Under the pieces are notes generated by a model that saw only the letters and a program-made list of their open reading frames with translations, ran no database searches and was not told where the DNA came from. From assembly GCA_030681595.1 (NCBI GenBank), contig JAUXSB010000008.1, forward strand, positions 89,587-153,586: a stretch of DNA of 64,000 bases, written 5' to 3'. The stretch is from Candidatus Omnitrophota bacterium (GTDB lineage Bacteria; Omnitrophota; Gorgyraeia; Ghiorseimicrobiales; Ghiorseimicrobiaceae). A program made the position numbers and the translations under genes. Positions 9,915 to 17,371 of the stretch are shown here, piece after piece. Every line of letters starts with the position of its first letter. Positions within the stretch are counted from its first letter, which is position 1.

Positions 9915-9988
9915 GCGCTCGTAGCTCAACTGGATAGAGCGTCAGTCTTCGGAACTGAATGTTGGGAGTTCGACTCTCCCCGAGCGCG
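9915..9988 (+). tRNA. tRNA-Arg (anticodon TCG)
   Basis: Cloverleaf readable: acceptor gcgctcg/cgagcgc, anticodon stem tcagt/actga with loop cttcgga, T-arm gggag-ttcgact-ctccc. Confidence 0.8.
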
Positions 9989-10010
9989 GTAGATAATTTC
10001 TGCCCTTGGA

Positions 10011-10062
10011 CAGTGGCTTTGGCAAATTGCGCGCCAAACCACTGCCTTCTGGCTTGGAGTTT
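10011..10062 (+). terminator. hairpin after tRNA-Arg (12-bp stem with one bulge) followed by a T-rich tract
   Basis: cagtggctttggc...gccaaaccactg, then cttctggcttggagtttt. Confidence 0.35.
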
Positions 10063-10073
10063 TAAATTATATC

Positions 10074-10103
10074 TTGACAGGGAAGTTTGATAAGGAATAA
10101 AAT
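10074..10103 (+). promoter_or_regulatory. sigma70-like promoter TTGACA-N17/18-TAAAAT giving a (near-)leaderless PilZ transcript
   Basis: TTGACA at 10074-10079, -10 box at 10098-10103, ATG at 10110. Confidence 0.45.
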
Positions 10104-10109
10104 AATTAT

Positions 10110-10469
10110 ATGAGCGAGCGGCGCCAGTGTATCAGGATAAGCAAGTCTTTAGAAATAGAGTACCGCACCGTAAACAGGTTAATGGGTAGCAGGTCGCGCA
10201 GTACTGATATTTCAAGGGCGGGAATACGTTTGCCTATCATAGAGAAGTTTGACCCGGGAACACTTTTAAAGTTGGATATCCGTTTTGTGGGCCTTAAGCC
10301 TATAAGCGTAGTCGGTGAAGTGGTCTGGATGAATGAAAAGAAAGACGGTGACTTCAGGTTTGAAATAGGGGTAAGGTTTATTAATATTACTCATTATGAC
10401 CGTGAAGCCCTAAACAGCGTTATTCAAAAATTGGAAGATAAGGGCTCTGGAGAAGTGCGTTGGCTTTAA
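10110..10469 (+). CDS. PilZ-domain c-di-GMP receptor
   Basis: RxxxR motif (SERRQCIR) and D/N-x-S-x-x-G motif (TDISRAGIRL). Confidence 0.6.
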   Translation: MSERRQCIRISKSLEIEYRTVNRLMGSRSRSTDISRAGIRLPIIEKFDPGTLLKLDIRFVGLKPISVVGEVVWMNEKKDGDFRFEIGVRFINITHYDREALNSVIQKLEDKGSGEVRWL

Positions 10470-10542
10470 TGATCCCGAAGCCAGACTTTGTTTTTTTAAA
10501 GGCTTTGAGGGAAGAGCTACAATAATATTGAGAAACGCAAAA

Positions 10543-10702
10543 CTAATGGAACTTCTTCGCACACGAAATTTTTTGCCGTCTATTTCGGTTTACGCCTTTA
10601 GGTGTTACGCTCCATAGAAGATTGTCGCTACACCTTCGCCGTAATTCCTCGTAGACTTTTGCCAAAAAATTTCTTATTGTGTGCTTTCAGGAATTCCATT
10701 AG
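10543..10702. repeat. MITE-like or structured-RNA element: imperfect 35-42 nt terminal inverted repeats around an 83-nt core with nested dyads
   Basis: Left arm ctaatggaacttcttcgcacacgaaattttttgcc (10543-10577). Reverse complement of the right arm (10661-10702) is ctaatggaattcctgaaagcacacaataagaaattttttggc. Confidence 0.5.
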
Positions 10703-10734
10703 TTTTGCATACCTCTATAGGGTAGCGTTTGTTT

Positions 10735-11022
10735 ATGAATATAAAACAGATATTAGTTATATGCGGTTTAATTGGAATAATAGCATTGAGTTTATTGTTC
10801 CCGCCTAAGGTGTTGAAACGCGACGGAAGGGTAATAATGCGCTTTGCTCCACTTGAGACAAAAAAATTCCAAAGCCGCGGAATATTAATCCAGGCAGGTT
10901 ACCGTGACCCGAATCTGGAATGCGACTGGCAAAGATTAGCGCTTTTTATCGTTTTAGTTATTTTAGCCGGCGGGACAGCAGCTTATATATTTAGAGATAA
11001 GCGAAAAATAGAAAGTAGTTAG
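10735..11022 (+). CDS. small hypothetical membrane protein (2 TM)
   Basis: ORF with two hydrophobic segments; start moved to ATG 10735. No recognisable family. Confidence 0.3.
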   Translation: MNIKQILVICGLIGIIALSLLFPPKVLKRDGRVIMRFAPLETKKFQSRGILIQAGYRDPNLECDWQRLALFIVLVILAGGTAAYIFRDKRKIESS

Positions 11023-11140
11023 TTTCTGGGGCTATCAATAATAGAATAGCCCGTTTCTTTGCCCGATTAAATCTTTCCTTTAAGCCTTTAAGGTATTTCT
11101 TGATTTTACATAATGATACTCTTTCAAAATTAAGGATTTG

Positions 11141-11149
11141 TGGTATAAT
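11141..11149 (+). promoter_or_regulatory. extended -10 (TGgTATAAT) promoter for tRNA-Lys
   Basis: tggtataat read directly about 45 nt upstream of the tRNA. Confidence 0.4.
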
Positions 11150-11193
11150 TATTTTTACCTTTCTTTTTCTTTCTTCTTATCAGTTTTAATTTT

Positions 11194-11266
11194 GGGCCAT
11201 TAGCTCATCTGGTAGAGCAGGACACTCTTAATGTCAAGGTGGCAGGTTCGAGTCCTGCATGGCCCA
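11194..11266 (+). tRNA. tRNA-Lys (anticodon CTT)
   Basis: Acceptor gggccat/atggccc, D-arm gctc-atctggtaga-gagc, anticodon loop ctCTTaa, T-arm gcagg-ttcgagt-cctgc. Confidence 0.85.
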
Positions 11267-11328
11267 TTAATGACGCATCGTTTGCCACGATTAAACTGCC
11301 GTAAGCGATAGGACTGAATTAATCCCCA

Positions 11329-11751
11329 GTGAAAAATTACGAATTAATCGAGCATACAGCAGATATCGGCATCAGGTTAAAAGCTAAAAGCCTTAATGAA
11401 TTATTTAAAAATGCTGCCTTAGCGATGTTTGAGATTATGGCTGAAGACAAGTCGCCTGTCGCCTGTCACCGGTCGCCTGTAAAAATTGATATTGAACAAA
11501 AAGCGGATAATATAGAAGAGTTATTTATAAATTGGCTAAACGAGCTTCTTTCATTATCAGCGGTAAAAGAGCTGATATTCTCGGATTTTGCAATAAAAAA
11601 ACTTACCGAAAAATCCATAGAAGCAGTAGCATTAGGCGAAGATGCCTCGGATTATAAAGTAAACGTTGAAATCAAGGCCGCAACATACCATCAGTTAAAA
11701 TTAGAGCAGTCTAAAGCTGGTTGGTTGGGAGAGGTAATTTTTGATGTCTAA
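11329..11751 (+). CDS. archease (RtcB activator)
   Basis: N-terminal YELIEHTADIGIRL archease signature. GTG start. Overlaps rtcB by 11 nt. Confidence 0.72.
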   Translation: MKNYELIEHTADIGIRLKAKSLNELFKNAALAMFEIMAEDKSPVACHRSPVKIDIEQKADNIEELFINWLNELLSLSAVKELIFSDFAIKKLTEKSIEAVALGEDASDYKVNVEIKAATYHQLKLEQSKAGWLGEVIFDV

Positions 11752-13192
11752 TCCACTAGAGAAAATTGATGACTATCGCTGGCGCATACCTAAATCATAT
11801 AAGCCGGGTATGCGTGTTGACGGAATTATCTATGCGGATGAGTTGCTCTTAAAGGATATTTACCGGGACAAGGCGTTGGAACAGGTGGCGAATGTGGCAT
11901 TTTTGCCGGGGATTGTCAACGCCTCTTTAGCCATGCCGGATATACATTGGGGTTTTGGTTTTCCGATTGGAGGAGTTGCTGCTACTGATATCGAAAATGG
12001 GGGAGTAATTGCGCCTGGAGGAATTGGGTATGACATAAATTGCGGAGTGCGATTATTAAAAACAAATTTACAATATGAAGACGTAAAAGATAAAATTAAG
12101 GATTTGACTTGTGCCTTATTTTCAAATGTGCCCAGCGGGGTGGGTTCAAAAGGCGATATCAGAGTTTCAGTTAAAGAAGAAAGGGACATTTTGCTTAAGG
12201 GCGCTAAATGGGCGGTGGAAAAAGGCTATGGAACGCAGGATGATTTAGAGTGTTGCGAAGAATACGGCGCAATAGCCGGGGCAGACCCGGAGGCTGTTTC
12301 TGAAAGGGCGTACGAGAGAGGTAAAGCGCAGTCAGGAACCCTAGGTTCAGGCAATCATTTCTTGGAAGTGCAGGTGATTGACCAACTTTATGATCAGGAA
12401 CTCTCTGATGCTTTTGGTTTGGATTTGGGGCGGGTTTTAGTGATGATACATTCCGGCTCGCGCGGTTTCGGCTATCAGATCTGCGACGATTATGTAAGGC
12501 AGATGGTGCATTGCCTGCAAAAATACAATATAAATGTCCCTGACCGGCAGCTTGTTTGTTCCCCGGTAAATTCGCCTGAAGCCAAAGCTTATCTGGGGGC
12601 GATGAGGTGTGCTGCAAATTACGCCTGGGCAAACAGGCAGTGTTTGACGCACCTTGCGCGGATGAGTTTTGAAAAAATCTTTAATAGTTCCTGGCAAAAG
12701 CTTGGGATGCAACTTATATACGACGTAGCGCACAATATCGCGAAAATAGAAAAATATAATATTAACGGCAAGGAAAAGAATTTGTGCGTGCATCGTAAAG
12801 GGGCGACCCGCGCCTTTGGGCCGAATCATCCGGCTTTGCCTGACCGGTATAAAAAAACCGGCCAGCCCGTGATTATTCCCGGAGATATGGGGAGGAATTC
12901 ATACTTGCTCGTTGGAACTAAAAAAGCTGAAGAAGAAACATTTGGTTCAACTTGTCACGGTGCAGGCCGCCTTAAGTCGCGCACCGCAGCCAGTCATTCC
13001 ATAAATCTTAATGCCTTGCTGAAGCAGTTGGAAGCAAAGGGGATTACCGTTATGGCTTCCGGAAAAGGCACTATTGTTGAAGAAGCGCCGGAAGCTTATA
13101 AAGACGTGAATGAAGTCGTGGATGTGGTACATAATGCGGGGATATCCAAAAGAGTCGCCCGGATGCGGCCATTAGGAGTGATTAAAGGCTAG
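11741..13192 (+). CDS. rtcB: RNA-splicing ligase RtcB
   Basis: GYDINCG, GSRGFGYQ and HGAGR motifs; 483 aa. Confidence 0.85.
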   Translation: MMSNPLEKIDDYRWRIPKSYKPGMRVDGIIYADELLLKDIYRDKALEQVANVAFLPGIVNASLAMPDIHWGFGFPIGGVAATDIENGGVIAPGGIGYDINCGVRLLKTNLQYEDVKDKIKDLTCALFSNVPSGVGSKGDIRVSVKEERDILLKGAKWAVEKGYGTQDDLECCEEYGAIAGADPEAVSERAYERGKAQSGTLGSGNHFLEVQVIDQLYDQELSDAFGLDLGRVLVMIHSGSRGFGYQICDDYVRQMVHCLQKYNINVPDRQLVCSPVNSPEAKAYLGAMRCAANYAWANRQCLTHLARMSFEKIFNSSWQKLGMQLIYDVAHNIAKIEKYNINGKEKNLCVHRKGATRAFGPNHPALPDRYKKTGQPVIIPGDMGRNSYLLVGTKKAEEETFGSTCHGAGRLKSRTAASHSINLNALLKQLEAKGITVMASGKGTIVEEAPEAYKDVNEVVDVVHNAGISKRVARMRPLGVIKG

Positions 13193-13245
13193 GGCAGCCC
13201 CGGGCTTGTCGAAGGGGCGCCGCTGGGAGCAATAAAGGGATAGAA

Positions 13246-13620
13246 ATGGAAAAAAAAGATATTAATATTAAAATAATCGAAGGAAAACAGGCTGATATAA
13301 AGCTGGTGAAATTGGAAGGGGTTTTGGATACAATAACTGTGCCTAAACTCGATAGTTTTATGTCGAGCTTAACACACCGGGAAAATATTTGCGTAATTAT
13401 TGACTGCACGGCATTGACTTATATTAATAGTACAGGGCTTGCAACTTTGATATTATATTATATCCAGACAAAGAGGCGTAACGGGGCATTAAAATTAGTT
13501 ACGCGTTCCGAGTTTGTGGATGAGCTTATGAGCGTTTCAGGAGCAAGGAAGCTTTTAGATACATACGAAACAATAGAGGCGGCAATAAAAGATTGGGAAT
13601 TGCATAAAAAATCTGTATAA
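13246..13620 (+). CDS. STAS-domain anti-sigma-factor antagonist (SpoIIAA/RsbV-like)
   Basis: STAS fold pattern with conserved YINSTGL region (phosphorylatable Ser/Thr). Confidence 0.68.
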   Translation: MEKKDINIKIIEGKQADIKLVKLEGVLDTITVPKLDSFMSSLTHRENICVIIDCTALTYINSTGLATLILYYIQTKRRNGALKLVTRSEFVDELMSVSGARKLLDTYETIEAAIKDWELHKKSV

Positions 13621-13647
13621 TATATTATATTTGGGGGGGGCGTTTGT

Positions 13648-14103
13648 ATGAACAAGTTAAAAATAGAAATACCTAATGAATTCAGTTTTGTCAGAGGGGT
13701 TAGGGTCTGCGTGTCTAATATCGCTTCCAATTTTGGTTTTAGTGACAGGGAGGCATATCAGATAGAGACGATAGTAGACGAGTTGTGCAATAATGCCATA
13801 GAACATGGCGGAGGCCGGAATAAAGTCTTAAAAGAGAAAGACGCTATAAAAATCGAATGCGGTTTTAAGCCGGGGGAATTAGAGTTTTGTGTTAACGACA
13901 GCGGTGGAGAGGGTTTTAACCTTAAGGACGTATTGAAGCGCAATAAGCAACTAATTCAAAAAAATAGGCTTTTGGATAATTTGGATAAAAGAGGCAGGGG
14001 ATTACTCATTATCCAGCGTTTCGTGGATGAGCTAAAGGTTGATACGAGCAAAGGCGGCACCGCGGTTAAAATTATCAAGAAAGCAAAGAATCTTAAAGAG
14101 TAG
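13648..14103 (+). CDS. anti-sigma regulatory factor, Ser/Thr protein kinase (SpoIIAB/RsbW-like GHKL ATPase)
   Basis: N-box ELCNNAIEHGG and G-box DSGGEGF. Confidence 0.7.
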   Translation: MNKLKIEIPNEFSFVRGVRVCVSNIASNFGFSDREAYQIETIVDELCNNAIEHGGGRNKVLKEKDAIKIECGFKPGELEFCVNDSGGEGFNLKDVLKRNKQLIQKNRLLDNLDKRGRGLLIIQRFVDELKVDTSKGGTAVKIIKKAKNLKE

Positions 14104-14116
14104 GCGGGGTGATCTT

Positions 14117-14485
14117 ATGTTTAGTATAAACATAAAAGATGTAAAGGATGATTTAAAGCGGAAAGTTAGCCTCGTGGAATTGAAGGGAAAATTAGATATG
14201 GTCAGCAGCCCTTCTCTAAGCAGCGAAATAATTGCCCTTGTTGACCAGGGAGAGATATATTTTGTTTTAGATATGGATAATTTGGAGTATATCGATAGCG
14301 CAGGAATCTATGCTTTATTGCAATGTTATACGCGGCTTAAAGAAAAGAAGGGTTTTTTAAAGTTAGTGAAGCTGAATAAGAACGTCGGTGATATACTGAG
14401 TTCTATAGGAGTGACTAAAATCCTGCTTACCTATAATACAATCGAAGAGGCATTAAACCCCGTTAGAGATAATGAGAAAGACTAA
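14117..14485 (+). CDS. second STAS-domain anti-sigma-factor antagonist
   Basis: STAS-like with YIDSAGI motif. Start reassigned to ATG 14117 behind RBS aggcgggg. Confidence 0.62.
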   Translation: MFSINIKDVKDDLKRKVSLVELKGKLDMVSSPSLSSEIIALVDQGEIYFVLDMDNLEYIDSAGIYALLQCYTRLKEKKGFLKLVKLNKNVGDILSSIGVTKILLTYNTIEEALNPVRDNEKD

Positions 14486-14546
14486 TTTAGGTTGATAGCG
14501 AACTATGGAAGCACAAGTTTGTCAGCGAGATTTGTAAAGAACAGAC

Positions 14547-14564
14547 GCCCCGAAGCTTCGGGGC
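14547..14564. other. 18-bp perfect palindrome GCCCCGAAGCTTCGGGGC (GC-rich hairpin or protein-binding site) between STAS gene and serS
   Basis: Read directly. Not followed by a T-run. Confidence 0.5.
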
Positions 14565-14616
14565 TATCTCTAACGGGGTAAAAGTATAAAGGAATTATTC
14601 TAAAATTTGGGATGAT

Positions 14617-15909
14617 ATGTTAGACATAAAATTTATCCGGGAAAATGCCGATAAAGTTACCGCAGCTTTAAAAGACCGCGGCCTGAATTTTGATTTAGCC
14701 GAATTATTAAAAAATGATGCGAGGCGGCGCGAGCTTACCGCGAGGTTAGATGAACTGAGGGCTAAAAAAAACGCCGCTAACCAGCGCATAACGCAGGCCT
14801 TAAAAGAAAAGAAAGACCTTATGCCGGAAATAGCGGCAATGAAAGAAACCGCCGCCCAAATCGACAGTTTAGAAAAAGATGCCGGTGAATTTGAAGAGAA
14901 AATCGCAAAAATCATCCTAACCATTCCTAATATTCCGCATGAGAGTATTCCCCGGGGGGCACCCTCTGCCAATAAGGTTGTGCGTACTTGGGGGAGCCAG
15001 CGCGCTTTTGATTTTAAGCCGCTTAGTCATATTGAGCTATGCGCGCATTTAGACCTCATCGATTTTGCCCGCGCTTCCAAGATTACCGGTTCAAACTTTA
15101 TTTTATTTAAGGGGCAAGGCGCGCGCTTAGAACGCGCACTTTATAATTTTATGCTGGATCTGCATACTAAAGAACACGGTTATACTGAGATTTTTCCGCC
15201 GTTTTTAGTTAACCGTGCCTCAATGATTGGGACAGGACAGCTCCCAAAATTAGAAGAGGATATGTATCGCCTGAAAGATGACGACTTATTCCTTATCCCT
15301 ACTGCGGAGGTTCCGGTTACCAATATATTCCGCGATGATATTTTGGATGAGGGGCAGCTACCGGTATACTATACTGCCTATACTGCTTGTTTCCGGCGCG
15401 AGGCCGGCTCTTACGGTAAAGAAACTCGCGGCCTAATGCGCGTACACCAGTTTGATAAGGTGGAATTGGTAAAATTTGTGCGCCCGGATACTTCTTACGA
15501 CGAACTTGAGAAATTAGTTGCTAATGCTGAGAGAGTCTTGCAATTATTACGCCTGCCTTACCGGGTGGTAATGCTTGCTACCGGCGATATCAGTTTTTCT
15601 GCCGCCAAATGCTATGATTTAGAGGCATATGCTCCGGGGATGGATAAATGGCTTGAGGTTTCCAGCTGCAGTAATTTTGAAAGTTTTCAGGCCAGAAGGG
15701 CGAATATTAAATATAAACCGGCAAACCGGCAAACCGGCAAACCGGCAACTGAATATGTCCATACCTTAAACGGTTCAGGCGTGGCTTTAGCCCGTACCTA
15801 CGCCGCGATCTTAGAAAACTATCAGCGTCCGGATGGAAGTATGGAAATCCCTGAAGTTTTAGTGCCGTATATGGGTGGTTCGACTTTGCTCGCTACAAGA
15901 AAATCCTGA
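14617..15909 (+). CDS. serS: seryl-tRNA synthetase
   Basis: N-terminal coiled-coil arm plus class II core (motif 2 FRREAGS, motif 3 region VHTLNGSGVALARTY); 430 aa. Confidence 0.9.
   Translation: MLDIKFIRENADKVTAALKDRGLNFDLAELLKNDARRRELTARLDELRAKKNAANQRITQALKEKKDLMPEIAAMKETAAQIDSLEKDAGEFEEKIAKIILTIPNIPHESIPRGAPSANKVVRTWGSQRAFDFKPLSHIELCAHLDLIDFARASKITGSNFILFKGQGARLERALYNFMLDLHTKEHGYTEIFPPFLVNRASMIGTGQLPKLEEDMYRLKDDDLFLIPTAEVPVTNIFRDDILDEGQLPVYYTAYTACFRREAGSYGKETRGLMRVHQFDKVELVKFVRPDTSYDELEKLVANAERVLQLLRLPYRVVMLATGDISFSAAKCYDLEAYAPGMDKWLEVSSCSNFESFQARRANIKYKPANRQTGKPATEYVHTLNGSGVALARTYAAILENYQRPDGSMEIPEVLVPYMGGSTLLATRKS
15716..15747 (+). repeat. 4x tandem 8-nt repeat (AACCGGCA) inside the serS coding sequence
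   Basis: aaccggcaaaccggcaaaccggcaaaccggca encodes KPANRQTGKPA. Confidence 0.85.
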
Positions 15910-15953
15910 GCGTAGTCGAAGGAATGGACGGAAAGAGTAGGATAGGTTAACCT

Positions 15954-16637
15954 ATGGCAAAGAATAGCGCAGATGCAGAAAGATTCCTGCCTAAAGGCGG
16001 AGGCGGTGGAGTAGCCGTTTCGGTAAAAAGCAATAAACTTGTCTCTATTTTAAAACTCCTAATTTTTCTTTCTATTCTTCCGGTAGCAGCGGGAGTTTCT
16101 TATGGGTTTCTTAATACCTTTTCTGTCTTTGATAAGCAGATTACTGATGTATTCTGGGCAGGCGTGGCGGCATTTTTCTTGGTAGATTTAGTTATTCTTA
16201 GGCTGGCATCTCTATATAAAAAAGGGCAGCGGATTATTGAGATAATCTTCCATTTCGTAGCACCTTTGGTAAAATTTGCTCCGTATGTCCTGCCGATTTA
16301 TACTATTTTGATTTTAGTTTTTGCCGTTACCTTTAGTTTTTTTAAGGATATTTCTCCTTACCGGGATACGCTTTTATTTTTGACCGGCTTTAGCATCATT
16401 TTACATTTTGTCTATACCGCGGATGCTATGCGCGCAAAACAATCGGATTTTTTAAAGGCTAGTTATTTCTTTTCCATCGTACTTGTTTTTCTTTTTAATG
16501 TGATTATCCTTGCCGCGACGCTCAATAGATTCCTCCCTGAATTTTCCTTTATGCAATTCTTCCAGAACGCCTGTACTTCCACCAAAGATGCCTATAAGGT
16601 CATTTTTGACCAGTTCTTTGCGGTGAAAAACAGTTAA
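15954..16637 (+). CDS. hypothetical polytopic membrane protein
   Basis: About 6 hydrophobic segments after a Gly-rich N-terminus. No recognisable family. Confidence 0.4.
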   Translation: MAKNSADAERFLPKGGGGGVAVSVKSNKLVSILKLLIFLSILPVAAGVSYGFLNTFSVFDKQITDVFWAGVAAFFLVDLVILRLASLYKKGQRIIEIIFHFVAPLVKFAPYVLPIYTILILVFAVTFSFFKDISPYRDTLLFLTGFSIILHFVYTADAMRAKQSDFLKASYFFSIVLVFLFNVIILAATLNRFLPEFSFMQFFQNACTSTKDAYKVIFDQFFAVKNS

Positions 16638-16638
16638 A

Positions 16639-16667
16639 TTGACACCCTTAAGTTTCGGTGTTATTAT
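16639..16667 (+). promoter_or_regulatory. sigma70-like promoter TTGACA-N17-TATTAT for tRNA-Ser
   Basis: TTGACA at 16639-16644, TATTAT at 16662-16667, tRNA begins at 16692. Confidence 0.5.
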
Positions 16668-16691
16668 TAATTTTGTCTGTCTGTTATTTTA

Positions 16692-16780
16692 GGAGAGGTC
16701 GCATAGTTGGTTGAGTGCACCGGTCTTGAAAACCGGAAGGGGCCTAGTGTCCCTCGCGAGTTCGAATCTCGCCCTCTCCG
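16692..16780 (+). tRNA. tRNA-Ser (anticodon TGA), long variable arm
   Basis: Acceptor ggagagg/cctctcc, anticodon stem ccggt/accgg with loop ctTGAaa, long variable arm, T-arm gcgag-ttcgaat-ctcgc; 89 nt. Confidence 0.85.
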
Positions 16781-16794
16781 AAAAATTTTTATCT

Positions 16795-16822
16795 AAATAG
16801 TTAAGCAGTTCTGACACCGAGT
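16795..16822. repeat. 28-nt direct repeat copy 1 (aaatagTtaagcagttctgacaccgagt), immediately after tRNA-Ser
   Basis: 27/28 identical to 17215-17242. Contains the small hairpin gacac-cga-gtgtc. Confidence 0.8.
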
Positions 16823-16918
16823 GTCTGCGGAATAGGGAATTATGCAGAAACGACACGGTTTTTTCCGGGTCTAGATTATGAAACTACGAGACGTTCCCAG
16901 GTTTCAAGGGGTGTTTTT

Positions 16919-17137
16919 ATGGTGGCACGTATGGATTTTAAACTAAAAACTGAGTTTATTGAGCTGGATAATCTGCTTAAGGTGCTGAATTTTGTTGCAA
17001 GCGGAGCTGAGGCCAAGCAATACATACAATCTAATTCGATCAAAGTCAATGGGCAAGGCGAAGCTCGTATTCGTCGAAAACTGCGAGCGGGAGATTTCAT
17101 AGAATTTGGTCAGCAACAAATTAGTATTGTTGCGTAA
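16919..17137 (+). CDS. S4-domain RNA-binding protein (YbcJ-like)
   Basis: 72-aa S4 fold pattern (LDNLLKVLNFVASGAEAKQYIQSNSIKVNGQ). Confidence 0.55.
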   Translation: MVARMDFKLKTEFIELDNLLKVLNFVASGAEAKQYIQSNSIKVNGQGEARIRRKLRAGDFIEFGQQQISIVA

Positions 17138-17171
17138 TCTTCCGGACCGGTATTTCACTGGAGCTAAAAAT

Positions 17172-17248
17172 TCGGTGTTAGAACTCAGAATTTATTTATA
17201 ATTTTAATATTACCAAATAGGTAAGCAGTTCTGACACCGAGTTTTTTT
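17172..17248 (+). terminator. long-loop hairpin (14-bp stem with one G-U pair) plus T7 tract downstream of the S4 gene
   Basis: tcggtgttagaact (17172-17185) pairs with agttctgacaccga (17226-17239), followed by gttttttt. Confidence 0.4.
17215..17242. repeat. 28-nt direct repeat copy 2 (aaatagGtaagcagttctgacaccgagt)
   Basis: 27/28 identical to 16795-16822. A partial inverted copy lies at 17172-17185. Confidence 0.8.
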
Positions 17249-17371
17249 AGAGATAAAAAGTTTAGAATTGAAAACCTTAACTGATGAAGCAGAAGTGATA
17301 AGCTAGAGAGCAATGGTTTGGCCTCCGATAGCCAAAGCCATAAAAGCAGAATAAATTTAAAAAGGCAGGGC

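Noticed and set aside
14486-14616. Possible T-box leader upstream of serS
   Set aside because: The gap is only about 130 nt. No specifier-loop or antiterminator T-box consensus (AGGGUGGNACCGCG) was found. It contains only a single GC palindrome.
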